A stretch of 64,000 bases of DNA from a virus: IMG/VR virus record IMGVR_UViG_3300012663_000759, positions 4,772 to 68,771 of that record; one strand, 5' to 3'. The notes beneath the pieces were generated by a model. It ran no database searches, was not told the origin of the DNA, and saw only the letters and a list, made by a program, of their open reading frames with translations. A program made the translations under genes and the position numbers. Shown here piece after piece: positions 27,693-37,455 of the stretch (position 1 is the first letter of the stretch; each line of letters begins with the position of its first letter).

Positions 27693-29849
27693 ATGGCCTA
27701 TAATATTAAAAATGCAGACGGAACAGTCCTACTAAATTTAGTAGATGGGACTACTGATATTAGAACAACTAGTCTTACCTTAATTGGTAAGAACACTGAC
27801 GCTTACGGTACCGCATTAAACACGAACTTAGTTCAAATGCTACAAAATTTTGCTAGCACAACACAACCAAGGTCTCCGTTAGTTGGACAGTTATGGTATA
27901 ATAAATCCGATGGTCGATTAAAAATATTTACATTAAACGGAGTGTTTGAAGAAATCTCATCGGCCATACTTAGCGATACTAAACCAACAATATTAAAACG
28001 TGGCGATCTTTGGATTGATACCAACGACAAACAATTATACTTTACTACAGATGGTATTAATACTACCTTAGCAGGCCCAATATATTCTTCTAGGTTTGGT
28101 AAGTCTGGATGGATATCTGAAACATTTATTGACGACGGTGGTAATCCGCAGTTAGTTACATCTCTATACAACAACGATACATTGTTGGGAATTCTTAGTA
28201 CCGCTACATTTATTATTGCACCTACAGAAACTATTCCGCAAAACAATCAAGGCTTATTTGATATTAATCCCGGATTAAACTTAAATTTAGCCATTCCTAA
28301 TATTAGATTTTCTGGAACTGCCACTAATGCAAGTGCAGTTCAAGGAATAACTCCCGAACTATACGTAGTGAAAGACAACGGCGGCGGCGATCAAGTTATC
28401 AGCGGAAGCGGTAAATTAAAATTAAATTCAGACAGTGGCATTTGGATAGGATCTTATGACGATCTTATTATATCAGCTGACGGTCTCGAAGAAGATAGAA
28501 TATCACATATTAAAAATAGTATTGCAGATTCTCCGTTAGAATTTATTACAAAAAAATCAGACGCTGGTGGTCCGGATGCAGAAGTAGTATCTTTAGTAGC
28601 ATACAGAGATCGAGTTGGTGTTAACTTAGATGGTCAATTACCTACAACAAATTTTCATGTTCAAGGTGATTCATATTTTAACGGCAACGCAACTATTACT
28701 GGTAATTTAACAGTTAGTGGTGCTCAAACAATTTTGTCAACAGTATTATTACAAATACAAGATAAAAATATTGAGCTTGCAACTAGTAGTACTTGGTACA
28801 CAGATGCATTAGTCGACGGTGGCGGCGTTACCCTTCACGGAACCACTGATAAAACAATTACATATAATAATTCTGCTAAAGCATGGACTTCTAATATAGA
28901 TTGGAATTTATCATCAACTACTGGCACCTATAAGATTAATAATGTTACAGTAATTACATCTTCTACATTGGGTATCAATGTTACGCAGACTTCTATCACC
29001 CGTGTAGGAATAATGGAAGATTTAACAGTAACTAATGTTATTGTTCAAGGTAGTGGAATCAGTACCAAAACTGGAACTTATCCAATTACTTCAGTAACTG
29101 CATCCGGAGTAAGTACAGGGTCTATGATAACTGTGGTATTATCAAAACCAGTACCAATTATTGCAGTCGGATCTACTATTACGTTAGACGGTATTGATAA
29201 TTCATATAATACTACTTACTCTATTAGTACTGTAACTAACAATTCTACGTTTATTGTTTTAGCGGCAACTTTATTATCGTCAGCTCTTCCTACGTTAGGT
29301 GCTAATCCAATAGCAGTGTTTAATGATTTAATGTTATCAGCACAATCCGCAGTTAATACATATCCAGCAGGTGGTATTGATGTAACAAATCGTAGAATTA
29401 AAAATGTACAATATTCGACAATACCAACTGATGCGGCAACTGTACAATTTGCAATAGATCAAGGAAGTGTATCCCAGTTAAAAGGATTTATCATAACTTT
29501 AGATGTATCGAGAATGACTAATCAACAGACTGAGATTGCCGCAATACTAAATCTATTAGCACCTCCAACTAATCCACTTGCAGATGCATTATATGATCTT
29601 CCAGTTGATTACAGGGCTAGAGTGTTATGTCAAACAACTAATGTTAATATTCAACGTCTTCCAATAAATGTAGCGGCCACTTATACCAACGTGGTTACAT
29701 GGCCAGATTACGGAGTTGTTGGTGCAGTTTCAAATATAGGAGTAAGTGCTGGGTCATATACAACATCTACTTCAGTGAGTTATACCGTTAAAGAATTTAG
29801 GGTAGCCAGTGGAAATCCAAATTACTGGCAATGGACTAAGAACATTTAA
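27693..29849 (+). CDS. Tail fibre protein
   Basis: Same N-terminal domain as its neighbours; Thr/Ser/Gly-rich beta-repeats. Confidence 0.7.
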   Translation: MAYNIKNADGTVLLNLVDGTTDIRTTSLTLIGKNTDAYGTALNTNLVQMLQNFASTTQPRSPLVGQLWYNKSDGRLKIFTLNGVFEEISSAILSDTKPTILKRGDLWIDTNDKQLYFTTDGINTTLAGPIYSSRFGKSGWISETFIDDGGNPQLVTSLYNNDTLLGILSTATFIIAPTETIPQNNQGLFDINPGLNLNLAIPNIRFSGTATNASAVQGITPELYVVKDNGGGDQVISGSGKLKLNSDSGIWIGSYDDLIISADGLEEDRISHIKNSIADSPLEFITKKSDAGGPDAEVVSLVAYRDRVGVNLDGQLPTTNFHVQGDSYFNGNATITGNLTVSGAQTILSTVLLQIQDKNIELATSSTWYTDALVDGGGVTLHGTTDKTITYNNSAKAWTSNIDWNLSSTTGTYKINNVTVITSSTLGINVTQTSITRVGIMEDLTVTNVIVQGSGISTKTGTYPITSVTASGVSTGSMITVVLSKPVPIIAVGSTITLDGIDNSYNTTYSISTVTNNSTFIVLAATLLSSALPTLGANPIAVFNDLMLSAQSAVNTYPAGGIDVTNRRIKNVQYSTIPTDAATVQFAIDQGSVSQLKGFIITLDVSRMTNQQTEIAAILNLLAPPTNPLADALYDLPVDYRARVLCQTTNVNIQRLPINVAATYTNVVTWPDYGVVGAVSNIGVSAGSYTTSTSVSYTVKEFRVASGNPNYWQWTKNI

Positions 29850-29858
29850 GGAATAGTA

Positions 29859-30764
29859 ATGTCATATCAAATTAGAAAATCAAACGGAGCATTACTTATT
29901 GATTTACCAGTAGGTGTTATTGATCAACAGCGAACTAGTTTAACACTAGTAGGAAAAAATGTTTCAGAATTTGGCAAAGATCAAAATGAAAATTTTGTTC
30001 ATATTCTAGAAAATTTTGCAGGAAGCATACAACCTACTAATGCGTTAGTGGGCCAACTATGGTTCAATTCTGATAGTAATCAATTGTCAGTTAATACAAC
30101 ACAGGGATTTAAGTCAATTGGTCCTTTTGCAAATCCGTCTACAAGTTCTATTACAGACGTAAGTACTGCTACTGCTACTACAGCATTCGTTCATCAAATT
30201 ATGCCCAAGGGTATGATTGTTATGTGGTACGGAGCACCCGATAACGTTCCTAATGGTTGGGCGTTATGTGATGGACAAACAGTTAATAATGTTCAAACAC
30301 CCAATCTAATTGATAGATTTGTAATTGCCGCTGGCGGTGGTTTCACTGCTGGCGATATAGGTGGTCGAAATGTAATCACAACGGTACCTGCTCATAGTCA
30401 TTCATTTAGTGGAAATACACAGTCAGCTGGGCAAGATCATAGCCATGGCGGAGTAACTGCATCTGCAGGGAATCACCAACATGGATATCCGGGGGACGAT
30501 CAACTAGCTTTTGCTAATGGCACCGCAGGGTGGACCGCAGATTCTTTAGGTGGATTTGGATACGATGCAAGATCCGTAGCTGGCGGTGGCGGCCAAGTAT
30601 GGAAAACTACAGTAGCAGGTAACCATAACCATACTTTTGACACCGGCCAAGCGTCTTCTGCTCATATTCATGGATATTCTGGAAGTACATCTGTTACAGG
30701 CTCAGCAACGGTTGATATATTAAATCCGTATTATGCCTTGGCCTATATCATCAAAGTAATTTAA
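29859..30764 (+). CDS. Short tail fibre with a collar domain and an HxH metal-binding tip
   Basis: PKGMIVMWYG...PNGWALCDG collar; HSH, HSH, HQH, HNH and HIH motifs; C-terminal NPYYALAYIIK. Confidence 0.8.
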   Translation: MSYQIRKSNGALLIDLPVGVIDQQRTSLTLVGKNVSEFGKDQNENFVHILENFAGSIQPTNALVGQLWFNSDSNQLSVNTTQGFKSIGPFANPSTSSITDVSTATATTAFVHQIMPKGMIVMWYGAPDNVPNGWALCDGQTVNNVQTPNLIDRFVIAAGGGFTAGDIGGRNVITTVPAHSHSFSGNTQSAGQDHSHGGVTASAGNHQHGYPGDDQLAFANGTAGWTADSLGGFGYDARSVAGGGGQVWKTTVAGNHNHTFDTGQASSAHIHGYSGSTSVTGSATVDILNPYYALAYIIKVI

Positions 30765-30768
30765 CCGG

Positions 30769-30774
30769 TAAATA
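30769..30774 (+). promoter_or_regulatory. Late-promoter-like TAAATA
   Basis: Intergenic, upstream of the last fibre gene. Confidence 0.5.
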
Positions 30775-30795
30775 AAAAGAAATTGGAGTTCATGG

Positions 30796-32007
30796 ATGCC
30801 CTATACGATATATAAAACAAACGGTATAAAATTAACTACTGTTGAGGATGGTAAATTAAATTTAACAACTGATTTACAACTAGTAGGAAAAAATTATGCT
30901 GGCTATGGACAAATTGTTAATGAGAATCTAGTCAGGCTCTTAGAAAATTTTTCTAACGGGACATCCCCTTCTGCTCCGTTAATTGGTCAATTATGGTATG
31001 ATACAATTAATAAAAAGTTAAAAGTTTATTCTGGAACTAAATGGAATCAATTTTTATCAACAACTATATCTGCTAATAGACCTGTAGATTTAAGTGACGG
31101 CGAATTTTGGTTTGATTCGAGTACGTCTAGACTTTATATAAAAAACAACGGAGCCTATACACTAATTGGTCCTAGTAGTGGAGCTGTAGCCGGCGGCGAC
31201 GGAAGTAGTTTTGCATTATCAACCATCCAAGCAGATAGTACCGTTAATTATAATTCAATTCAGTTAACTATTGATGATTCGATAGTTGCAGTTGTTTCTG
31301 GATTTTCTTATACAGTAAATGCCGAAGATCCAATTATAACCAAATATACAAAAATACATCACGGGATAACTTTAGAAGGCGCTCATCCTGATACCGGAGT
31401 ATCTAGTAATAATAACACTTATTTTTGGGGAACGGCAGCAGATTCAGCACGATTAGACGGTAGAGAGGCAACTGACTATCTATTAGCAACTGATGTTAAT
31501 ATTGCCGCAAATTCTATAACATCATTAGAAAATATTACATACATTAGTACAGGCGGTGTTAGTATAGGTGGATCAATTGAGGGCGCTTGGGAACTAACTC
31601 CCGGCTCAACTTTACAAGCAACTTATGCTGACTTGGCAGAAAGATACGAAGCAGATGCCGAGTACGAACCTGGAACTGTATTGGTAATTGGTGGTAATAA
31701 AGAAGTTACAATTAGCACAACTAGATGCGATCCTAGTGTAGCGGGTATTGTATCTACAAATCCGGCATATATGATGAATAAAGATGCTGGAAATGACAAA
31801 ACCCACCCCTATATTGCACTAAAAGGCCGTGTTCCTTGCAAAGTTATTGGCAATATTAAGAAAGGTGATCTGCTTACTACTAGTGGAACGCCTGGCGTAG
31901 CATGTGCAATGACCGATTCGGATTGGGCAAATCCGAATGCAGTAATAGGAAAAGCCCTGGAAGATTACTCTTCAGGGCTTCCTGGCATTATCGAAGTTAA
32001 AATCTAA
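30796..32007 (+). CDS. Tail fibre with a C-terminal autocleaving intramolecular-chaperone (peptidase G2-like) domain
   Basis: Shared N-terminal domain; YADLAERY...GIVSTNPAY...IALKGRVPCKV.G.IKKGDLL...IGKALE. Confidence 0.75.
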   Translation: MPYTIYKTNGIKLTTVEDGKLNLTTDLQLVGKNYAGYGQIVNENLVRLLENFSNGTSPSAPLIGQLWYDTINKKLKVYSGTKWNQFLSTTISANRPVDLSDGEFWFDSSTSRLYIKNNGAYTLIGPSSGAVAGGDGSSFALSTIQADSTVNYNSIQLTIDDSIVAVVSGFSYTVNAEDPIITKYTKIHHGITLEGAHPDTGVSSNNNTYFWGTAADSARLDGREATDYLLATDVNIAANSITSLENITYISTGGVSIGGSIEGAWELTPGSTLQATYADLAERYEADAEYEPGTVLVIGGNKEVTISTTRCDPSVAGIVSTNPAYMMNKDAGNDKTHPYIALKGRVPCKVIGNIKKGDLLTTSGTPGVACAMTDSDWANPNAVIGKALEDYSSGLPGIIEVKI

Positions 32008-32876
32008 ACAGCCATTGGTGCTTTTATAGCCTCGTGGCACTTGTAGCCATCTAACGTAATATCGTCTATTGTAAATTTTACAATATCTTTTATATCAGAA
32101 TTTATTTGTAGTTTAGGAAATGCAAACGGCTTTCTGGCTAGTTGCTCTTTAACTTGGTCAATATGATTTTCGTAAATGTGAGCATCGCCTAATACGACAG
32201 TTAATTCACCAACTTCAAATCCACATACCTGTGCTAGTAAATGTGTGAACACGGCATAAGAAGCGATGTTAAACGGCACTCCGAGAAACATATCTGCACT
32301 ACGTTGATACATCTGACAACTTAATTTGTTGTTACTAACATAGAACTGTGCCATCATATGACAGGGCGGCAACGCCATTAGAGATAGCTCTCCCGGATTC
32401 CATGCTGTAATAATATGTCGACGACTATGCGGGTCTTTTCTAAGACCGTTAATTAGTTCTTGTAATTGATCAATGTGCCTTATGCCCATTTTATTTGATC
32501 CAAAAACGGGTGCTCGCCAAGTTCTCCATTGCACTCCGTAGATTCTACCTAGGTCACTTGGATGTTTTTTGAATCGAGTCCAATATTCTGCATTTAGATT
32601 TTCACTCCAGATAGTATTCTTATCTGTATCTCGATCTCCGTACAGTATTTCTTTAAGGCGTCTTTCGTCTCCGCTACCTTCTATAAACCAAAGCAATTCA
32701 CTTAACATTGATTTCCATGCAAGTTTCTTTGTAGTAATTGCAGGAAATCCTTTATTAAGATCAAATTTTAATTGTATGCCAAATTTAGAAATAGTGCCAA
32801 CGCCTGTTCGATCAGGTCGATGGTCACCATTATCTAAAATATCTTTAAGAGCATCAAGGTAAACTTTTTCTGACAT
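32004..32876 (-). CDS. thyA: Thymidylate synthase (ThyA type)
   Basis: DRTGVGT, ELLWFI, MALPPCH (catalytic Cys), YQRSADMFLGVPFNIASY, GDAHIYENH. Confidence 0.96.
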   Translation of the reverse strand: MSEKVYLDALKDILDNGDHRPDRTGVGTISKFGIQLKFDLNKGFPAITTKKLAWKSMLSELLWFIEGSGDERRLKEILYGDRDTDKNTIWSENLNAEYWTRFKKHPSDLGRIYGVQWRTWRAPVFGSNKMGIRHIDQLQELINGLRKDPHSRRHIITAWNPGELSLMALPPCHMMAQFYVSNNKLSCQMYQRSADMFLGVPFNIASYAVFTHLLAQVCGFEVGELTVVLGDAHIYENHIDQVKEQLARKPFAFPKLQINSDIKDIVKFTIDDITLDGYKCHEAIKAPMAV

Positions 32877-33469
32877 TATGCAGATACAACAGTTTTAGAT
32901 TTTGGCTTGATAGCTTTCTTTTTTGGAGTTGATGATTTTTCTAAAGCATCTGCCTTACTACGCAATTCTTCAGCTTTCTTAAAATGAACATCGGCCATTT
33001 CTCTAAGTTCTACAGGTGTAAGCTCGAATGTTTCAGTGGGTGCATCTGCAACAACTTCTTTCTTTGCTGGCTTTTTCTTTTGTAGACTGCCATCGTTAAC
33101 AGCTAAATCTTCAATAGAAACACCCTTTTGTTTTGCAATAATTTGGTTGAGCTCGTCAAGTCCGATATTAGTTTGTGTATCGGGTGTCATACTTACCAAA
33201 TGAGTTTTTACTTTAACAAGGTGTCCGTTTTGGTGCAGGAACCCTAACATCACACTGCCGTCGGGGAATCGGCGTGTAGCTAAAATATCAGCTAACTCGT
33301 TAGCCTGTTGTCCGCTGTCGCTTTCAATTAAAGTCATCAAGGTATCGTGATAGCTATCACCTAAACCTTGTGTCCCAACAACTAAACAGCTATGTGGATC
33401 GCCCGGTAATGTTCTGTAAACTACAACAACCTTAGCGGCATTATTTTTCATCTTTCCGACGTGTTTCAT
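32876..33469 (-). CDS. Hypothetical protein
   Basis: 197-aa ORF with a GGAG RBS, packed in the operon. Confidence 0.7.
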   Translation of the reverse strand: MKHVGKMKNNAAKVVVVYRTLPGDPHSCLVVGTQGLGDSYHDTLMTLIESDSGQQANELADILATRRFPDGSVMLGFLHQNGHLVKVKTHLVSMTPDTQTNIGLDELNQIIAKQKGVSIEDLAVNDGSLQKKKPAKKEVVADAPTETFELTPVELREMADVHFKKAEELRSKADALEKSSTPKKKAIKPKSKTVVSA

Positions 33470-33480
33470 AATATCTCCTA

Positions 33481-33702
33481 TTAGACACTAGGCTGATCAG
33501 CAGCCGACTGTGGCGCTACAGCACTTAAGAACGCATCTAATTTATTATAAACGGTTCCAACTGCGGCCATTTCACCTGCTCCGAATGCACCTCTACGGCT
33601 TGCGGCATCGATAATTGATTTTAGATTTTGTAAATCAGTTATTGTTAACTCTGGTGCCTGTTGTGCTTCTTGAGGTGCTTCTTGTGTTTGATTATCTTCC
33701 AT
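33481..33702 (-). CDS. Hypothetical protein
   Basis: 73-aa ORF with an AGGAG RBS. Confidence 0.7.
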   Translation of the reverse strand: MEDNQTQEAPQEAQQAPELTITDLQNLKSIIDAASRRGAFGAGEMAAVGTVYNKLDAFLSAVAPQSAADQPSV

Positions 33703-33716
33703 GATTTTCTCCTGTT

Positions 33717-33998
33717 TTAGTTTTTATGTAGGTATGGACATCCTAAACTTAACATAGTTAATTCTTTTGGATCTTCTACGCCAATTTCACACATTTCTGT
33801 AATTTTATTATTACTATCTAACATATGAGATTTTTTAATACAATAACGACTATTAAGAGTAGTATACATCCAATCGTCGATGTTGTGCAAATCTTTTATG
33901 TTACTTGTATATGTTTTGGCAAAATGAAAGGGGATGTGGCTAAGTTTTCTAACACCTAGCACGTTTAACGGATTTACTTCCCCTCTCAATATTGTCAT
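33717..33998 (-). CDS. Hypothetical protein
   Basis: 93-aa ORF downstream of an exact TATAAATA. Confidence 0.65.
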   Translation of the reverse strand: MTILRGEVNPLNVLGVRKLSHIPFHFAKTYTSNIKDLHNIDDWMYTTLNSRYCIKKSHMLDSNNKITEMCEIGVEDPKELTMLSLGCPYLHKN

Positions 33999-34020
33999 TA
34001 TCTACCTACTTTATACTATA

Positions 34021-35286
34021 TTATTTATAATGCGCCGTCTGGCCGAATGGTGCAATTATGGCATCGTTTCCGTGTACAATGAATAAAGATTCACAATAAT
34101 CTTCGTCTCCCCAGCTTCCACAAGGGTATCCATCTGTAAACATAATAAAGCGTTTTGGAACAATATCTTGATTTTTCATGAATTCAAAGTTGACATCAAA
34201 GTCAGTACCACCGCCACCTTTGCATTCGTATTCCATAATTTCATCTGCGGTATCTCCGGTAAATTGCTTGTAACCGTAAATTTCGGTATCAAAGCACCAC
34301 AGATCCAACTTAAAGTCAACATACTCATCCATAATGCCTTTAACTTCGCTAAGGAAGTCCTTTGCCATTTTGTCCGAAATACTACCGGACATGTCAATTG
34401 CTACAGACACATCGATTGTTTCTTGGTTCATCATGCCTGGCAAGATAGCGCCGCAGTGCTGTGACTTACGATTAGGTCGACTAAAGCTAAAGTTACTCTT
34501 AATAATGCTTTGGATGTTCATACGCAACATTTGACGCCAGTCCATCTTAGGCTCTGTGAAGTCACCGATAATACGTTGAACACCTGCTGGAACTCGTCCG
34601 GCACCAGCAGCCTGCGCCGCCGCAACCATTGCTTCTTTAATTTCATCACGTATTTTTTTCTTGTCTTCAGCTGACAATCTCGGACGACCCTTGCCTTCTT
34701 TGTTGCCGTCTTCACCGTCTCCGTCACCTTCACTGTCTCCGTCCATTTCGTCGTCTAAGTGTTCGTCAAGAAGTTCTCCGAGTTTGCTGAGATCAATCTT
34801 ATCAGCTTTTTCGTATAATTCTTCGTAGATTTCTTCGTAGCTTTTACCTCGGTACTTGTTATCTTGGAAAATTTTAATCCAACTAGGCACTTCACCAATG
34901 CGTTCATCTTTTAGAATTTGATTGGTAGCATAGTCTGCGGCAATGTTTGACAATGCAGGATCGCGACTATCTCGGCGACCCATGTGGTCAAATACATTGT
35001 GTAATACTTCGTGAGCAAATCCAAATTCTGCTTCTTTAGGTTTAAGTTTATCAACAAACTCTAAATTATAATAAAAATTACGACCATCTGTAGCCAATGT
35101 AGCACACCAGTCGCTAGCTTCGACTAATTTTAGTCGTGTAGCAAGATTACCAAAGAAAGGATGTCGTAGAAGCAATCCAACTCGAGCCGTAATAAGTTTA
35201 TCTAAAATTAGATTTTTTTCACGCTCAGTAAACTCTTTTGTTTTTTTAGGTTTACGAATTCTTTCAGTTTTCATTATAGCAGACAT
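34021..35286 (-). CDS. Putative metallopeptidase (HExxH) plus vWA-like domain protein (DUF2201-like)
   Basis: TLATDG...FAHEVLH...NIAADYATN, then an acidic linker, then VAIDMSGS (MIDAS), GGGGTDF and FTDG. Confidence 0.85.
   Translation of the reverse strand: MSAIMKTERIRKPKKTKEFTEREKNLILDKLITARVGLLLRHPFFGNLATRLKLVEASDWCATLATDGRNFYYNLEFVDKLKPKEAEFGFAHEVLHNVFDHMGRRDSRDPALSNIAADYATNQILKDERIGEVPSWIKIFQDNKYRGKSYEEIYEELYEKADKIDLSKLGELLDEHLDDEMDGDSEGDGDGEDGNKEGKGRPRLSAEDKKKIRDEIKEAMVAAAQAAGAGRVPAGVQRIIGDFTEPKMDWRQMLRMNIQSIIKSNFSFSRPNRKSQHCGAILPGMMNQETIDVSVAIDMSGSISDKMAKDFLSEVKGIMDEYVDFKLDLWCFDTEIYGYKQFTGDTADEIMEYECKGGGGTDFDVNFEFMKNQDIVPKRFIMFTDGYPCGSWGDEDYCESLFIVHGNDAIIAPFGQTAHYK
34022..34029 (-). 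promoter_or_regulatory. T4-type late promoter TATAAATA
   Basis: Exact T4 late consensus overlapping the stop of the vWA gene, upstream of the ORFs leading to thyA. Confidence 0.55.
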
Positions 35287-35313
35287 AGGTTTTCCTTTGT
35301 GTGTTTATACATT

Positions 35314-35342
35314 ATTATATACTCAAAATAGGCAAAGAGCAA
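35314..35342 (-). promoter_or_regulatory. Sigma70-type promoter for the vWA-peptidase gene
   Basis: TTGCTC-N17-TATAAT on the minus strand. Confidence 0.7.
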
Positions 35343-35344
35343 GT

Positions 35345-35364
35345 AAAAAGGCCCCGTAGGGCCT
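35345..35364 (-). terminator. Intrinsic terminator after the AAA+ gene
   Basis: AGGCCC-TACG-GGGCCT hairpin (UNCG tetraloop) followed by a T run on the minus strand. Confidence 0.85.
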
Positions 35365-35368
35365 AATT

Positions 35369-36451
35369 TTAACCTTCCATTGCAGTAATAATGTACTTAC
35401 CGTATTTGTCATGGAACTTGTCAAAGTGTGCAAGTTTAGAAGAATCAAACGGCAAATTGTAATTAGTAAGCGCAACCTTTGCGGCCATAACAACTAGTTC
35501 AGTTGGAAAATTATCCATCAAAAACTTAAAGAAATTGTCAGCCATTGCATCCCAGTTTTTAGCTTGCTTTTGATCAGCAGTCTGAAGTTCGTAGCAAAGG
35601 CTAATGCTCAAAGAATACATCGCAGAGATTTCTTTAATAGAGATCTTTTCAACTTTACCCATCAAGATATCTGTTGGGTTAGGCATTTGTTTTGCAACTT
35701 TACGGTGTGCCATAAACTTAACAGCCAAGCCTTCGCCAACAGCACCTGCTACCAAATCAGTTAGTGTGTTTTCTGGCAATGTGTCGTCGCCCAACAGTTC
35801 ACTAACAAACGACCACGAACGTGGAGTAGCAAAGGAACGCGATGCACTACGAGGATCAAAGTCGTACAAGTCTTGTTTAGCAAAGCCAACATAACCAACA
35901 ACCTGCTCGTGAATACGATTTGAAGTCGCCCAGTTCAGCCAATCTTCGTAATCGGTACGCAATTCCAAGTGAACAAAGCGATTAGCCAACGGAGCAGGCA
36001 TACGATAAGTAACACCTTTATCACCGTCTCGGTTACCAGCGGCAACAATGCTAACACCTTTTGGCAATACGTAAGTACCAACACGACGATTGAGTACCAA
36101 TTGGAACGCCGCCGCCTGTGTAGCAGGTGCCGCAGAGTTCAGCTCGTCGAGGAACAAAATAGCAGTACTATCTGGATCAGTGGGCAATTCTGCAGGAGGT
36201 GCCCAGGTCATAGTGTTTGTTTGACTATTGTAATATGGAATACCTTTAATGTCTGTAGGTTCCCAAAGTGAAAGTCGAACGTCAATAACTTCGCGATCTT
36301 GCTCGTCTCCAATTTGTTTAATAATATCACTTTTACCAATGCCTGGAGGACCCCACATAAAAATAGGGCGTTTTGCTTTCATCGCAAATCGGACTGCGGC
36401 TTTAGCCTCGTTTGGGCTAACTGTACGATTTGAACTCATTTCTTTTGCCAT
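35369..36451 (-). CDS. MoxR-like/dynein-related AAA+ ATPase
   Basis: Walker A GPPGIGKS, Walker B ILFLDE, sensor IVAAGN, Arg finger LANRF, TPRSW. Confidence 0.9.
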   Translation of the reverse strand: MAKEMSSNRTVSPNEAKAAVRFAMKAKRPIFMWGPPGIGKSDIIKQIGDEQDREVIDVRLSLWEPTDIKGIPYYNSQTNTMTWAPPAELPTDPDSTAILFLDELNSAAPATQAAAFQLVLNRRVGTYVLPKGVSIVAAGNRDGDKGVTYRMPAPLANRFVHLELRTDYEDWLNWATSNRIHEQVVGYVGFAKQDLYDFDPRSASRSFATPRSWSFVSELLGDDTLPENTLTDLVAGAVGEGLAVKFMAHRKVAKQMPNPTDILMGKVEKISIKEISAMYSLSISLCYELQTADQKQAKNWDAMADNFFKFLMDNFPTELVVMAAKVALTNYNLPFDSSKLAHFDKFHDKYGKYIITAMEG

Positions 36452-36496
36452 TGTAGACCTTTCAAAAAAACAATGAATGTGTGTTGCTAAGTCTTA

Positions 36497-36525
36497 ATTA
36501 TACAGGTATTTTACCTAGTTGTCAA
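36497..36525 (-). promoter_or_regulatory. Perfect-consensus sigma70 promoter for the AAA+ gene
   Basis: TTGACA-N17-TATAAT on the minus strand. Confidence 0.85.
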
Positions 36526-36908
36526 GTAGATTTTGAGGATTTTGTCTTTGCGCGATTGTATTTTTCCAAATCTCCGCTAAAAAGAATTAATTGTACAGCC
36601 ATTTTTTCTGTAAACACTTTTATATATTTGCGATTTACGTAGTATGGCCCGTCGATATATCTTTCTAGATCTAAGATAAATTGATTTGTAACCACTTCTA
36701 GTGGTTCTGGAAAGTTAATTTTGTATGATTTAAGATTTGCTTTTGTTTCAAAATCTTCTAGACCACGCTCAGTTAGTCTCATACTATGCATTCCGTTTGG
36801 CCTTGGATTTTGCCACCACAATCTGTACCAATCTCGAAATATTTTTGGGTTTGGCGATAACCCTATTTGTTCAAGAACTTTTTCAGTTAATTGAGATTTC
36901 TGATCCAT
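36522..36908 (-). CDS. Hypothetical protein
   Basis: 128-aa ORF in the operon. Confidence 0.65.
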   Translation of the reverse strand: MDQKSQLTEKVLEQIGLSPNPKIFRDWYRLWWQNPRPNGMHSMRLTERGLEDFETKANLKSYKINFPEPLEVVTNQFILDLERYIDGPYYVNRKYIKVFTEKMAVQLILFSGDLEKYNRAKTKSSKST

Positions 36909-37194
36909 GGTCGGTAATTTGTTCGCCAGTTGTTAACTTAAACACGGCAAAATCTTTACACCCGAAAATTTTGTTTAGTTTTTCGGCCAAATTAAAAGCA
37001 TGACCACTGTTTGAAAAACTGACTTTTTTGTATTTTGGACCCAATTGTTGGGCTATAATGCTTGTAGTTTTCAAATTAACTGGTTTTGATTTATAGAAGA
37101 CAGCCCAAATGGCATCAGCTTCTAAAACTTGTTCAGTTTTATAAGTTTTTTTATTTGTTATTTCTAACAACACATTTGGCTTTGGCCTTGACAT
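36883..37194 (-). CDS. Hypothetical protein
   Basis: 103-aa ORF with a GGAG RBS inside a hairpin, downstream of TAAATA. Confidence 0.7.
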   Translation of the reverse strand: MSRPKPNVLLEITNKKTYKTEQVLEADAIWAVFYKSKPVNLKTTSIIAQQLGPKYKKVSFSNSGHAFNLAEKLNKIFGCKDFAVFKLTTGEQITDHGSEISIN

Positions 37195-37239
37195 GATATG
37201 CGCTCCGATTCAGTACGCATATATTTATTTCGAATTGAA

Positions 37240-37455
37240 TTAAAATAGTCCGCCGTCCATTTTAACTTGTAAAACATCTGGTTTTTTGTCTTCAATTACT
37301 ACTACTTCTGTAGAACCTGCAAGTCTAGTCATTACTACTGCAAGACTGTCATACAATGCATTAACTTCTTTAATATCAAGATTAAGGCTTTTTTGATTGC
37401 TTTTAATTGCAATTCTTGCTTTATCTATAAACATTTCAATTGGTAATGTATTCAT
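37240..37455 (-). CDS. Hypothetical protein
   Basis: 71-aa ORF overlapping the upstream gene by 4 bp. Confidence 0.65.
   Translation of the reverse strand: MNTLPIEMFIDKARIAIKSNQKSLNLDIKEVNALYDSLAVVMTRLAGSTEVVVIEDKKPDVLQVKMDGGLF

Noticed and set aside
1-32007. Bacterial T6SS or extracellular contractile injection system rather than a phage tail
   Set aside because: It is contiguous with a T4-like polB, clamp and RNase H, has late-promoter motifs and phage-like gene density, and shows no Tss membrane-complex genes.
32004-32876. thyA as a dCMP/dUMP hydroxymethylase supplying an acceptor for the glycosyltransferase
   Set aside because: It has the canonical TS sequence GVPFNIASY with the dUMP-specifying Asn and full-length ThyA features; dCMP hydroxymethylases have Asp there and are more divergent.
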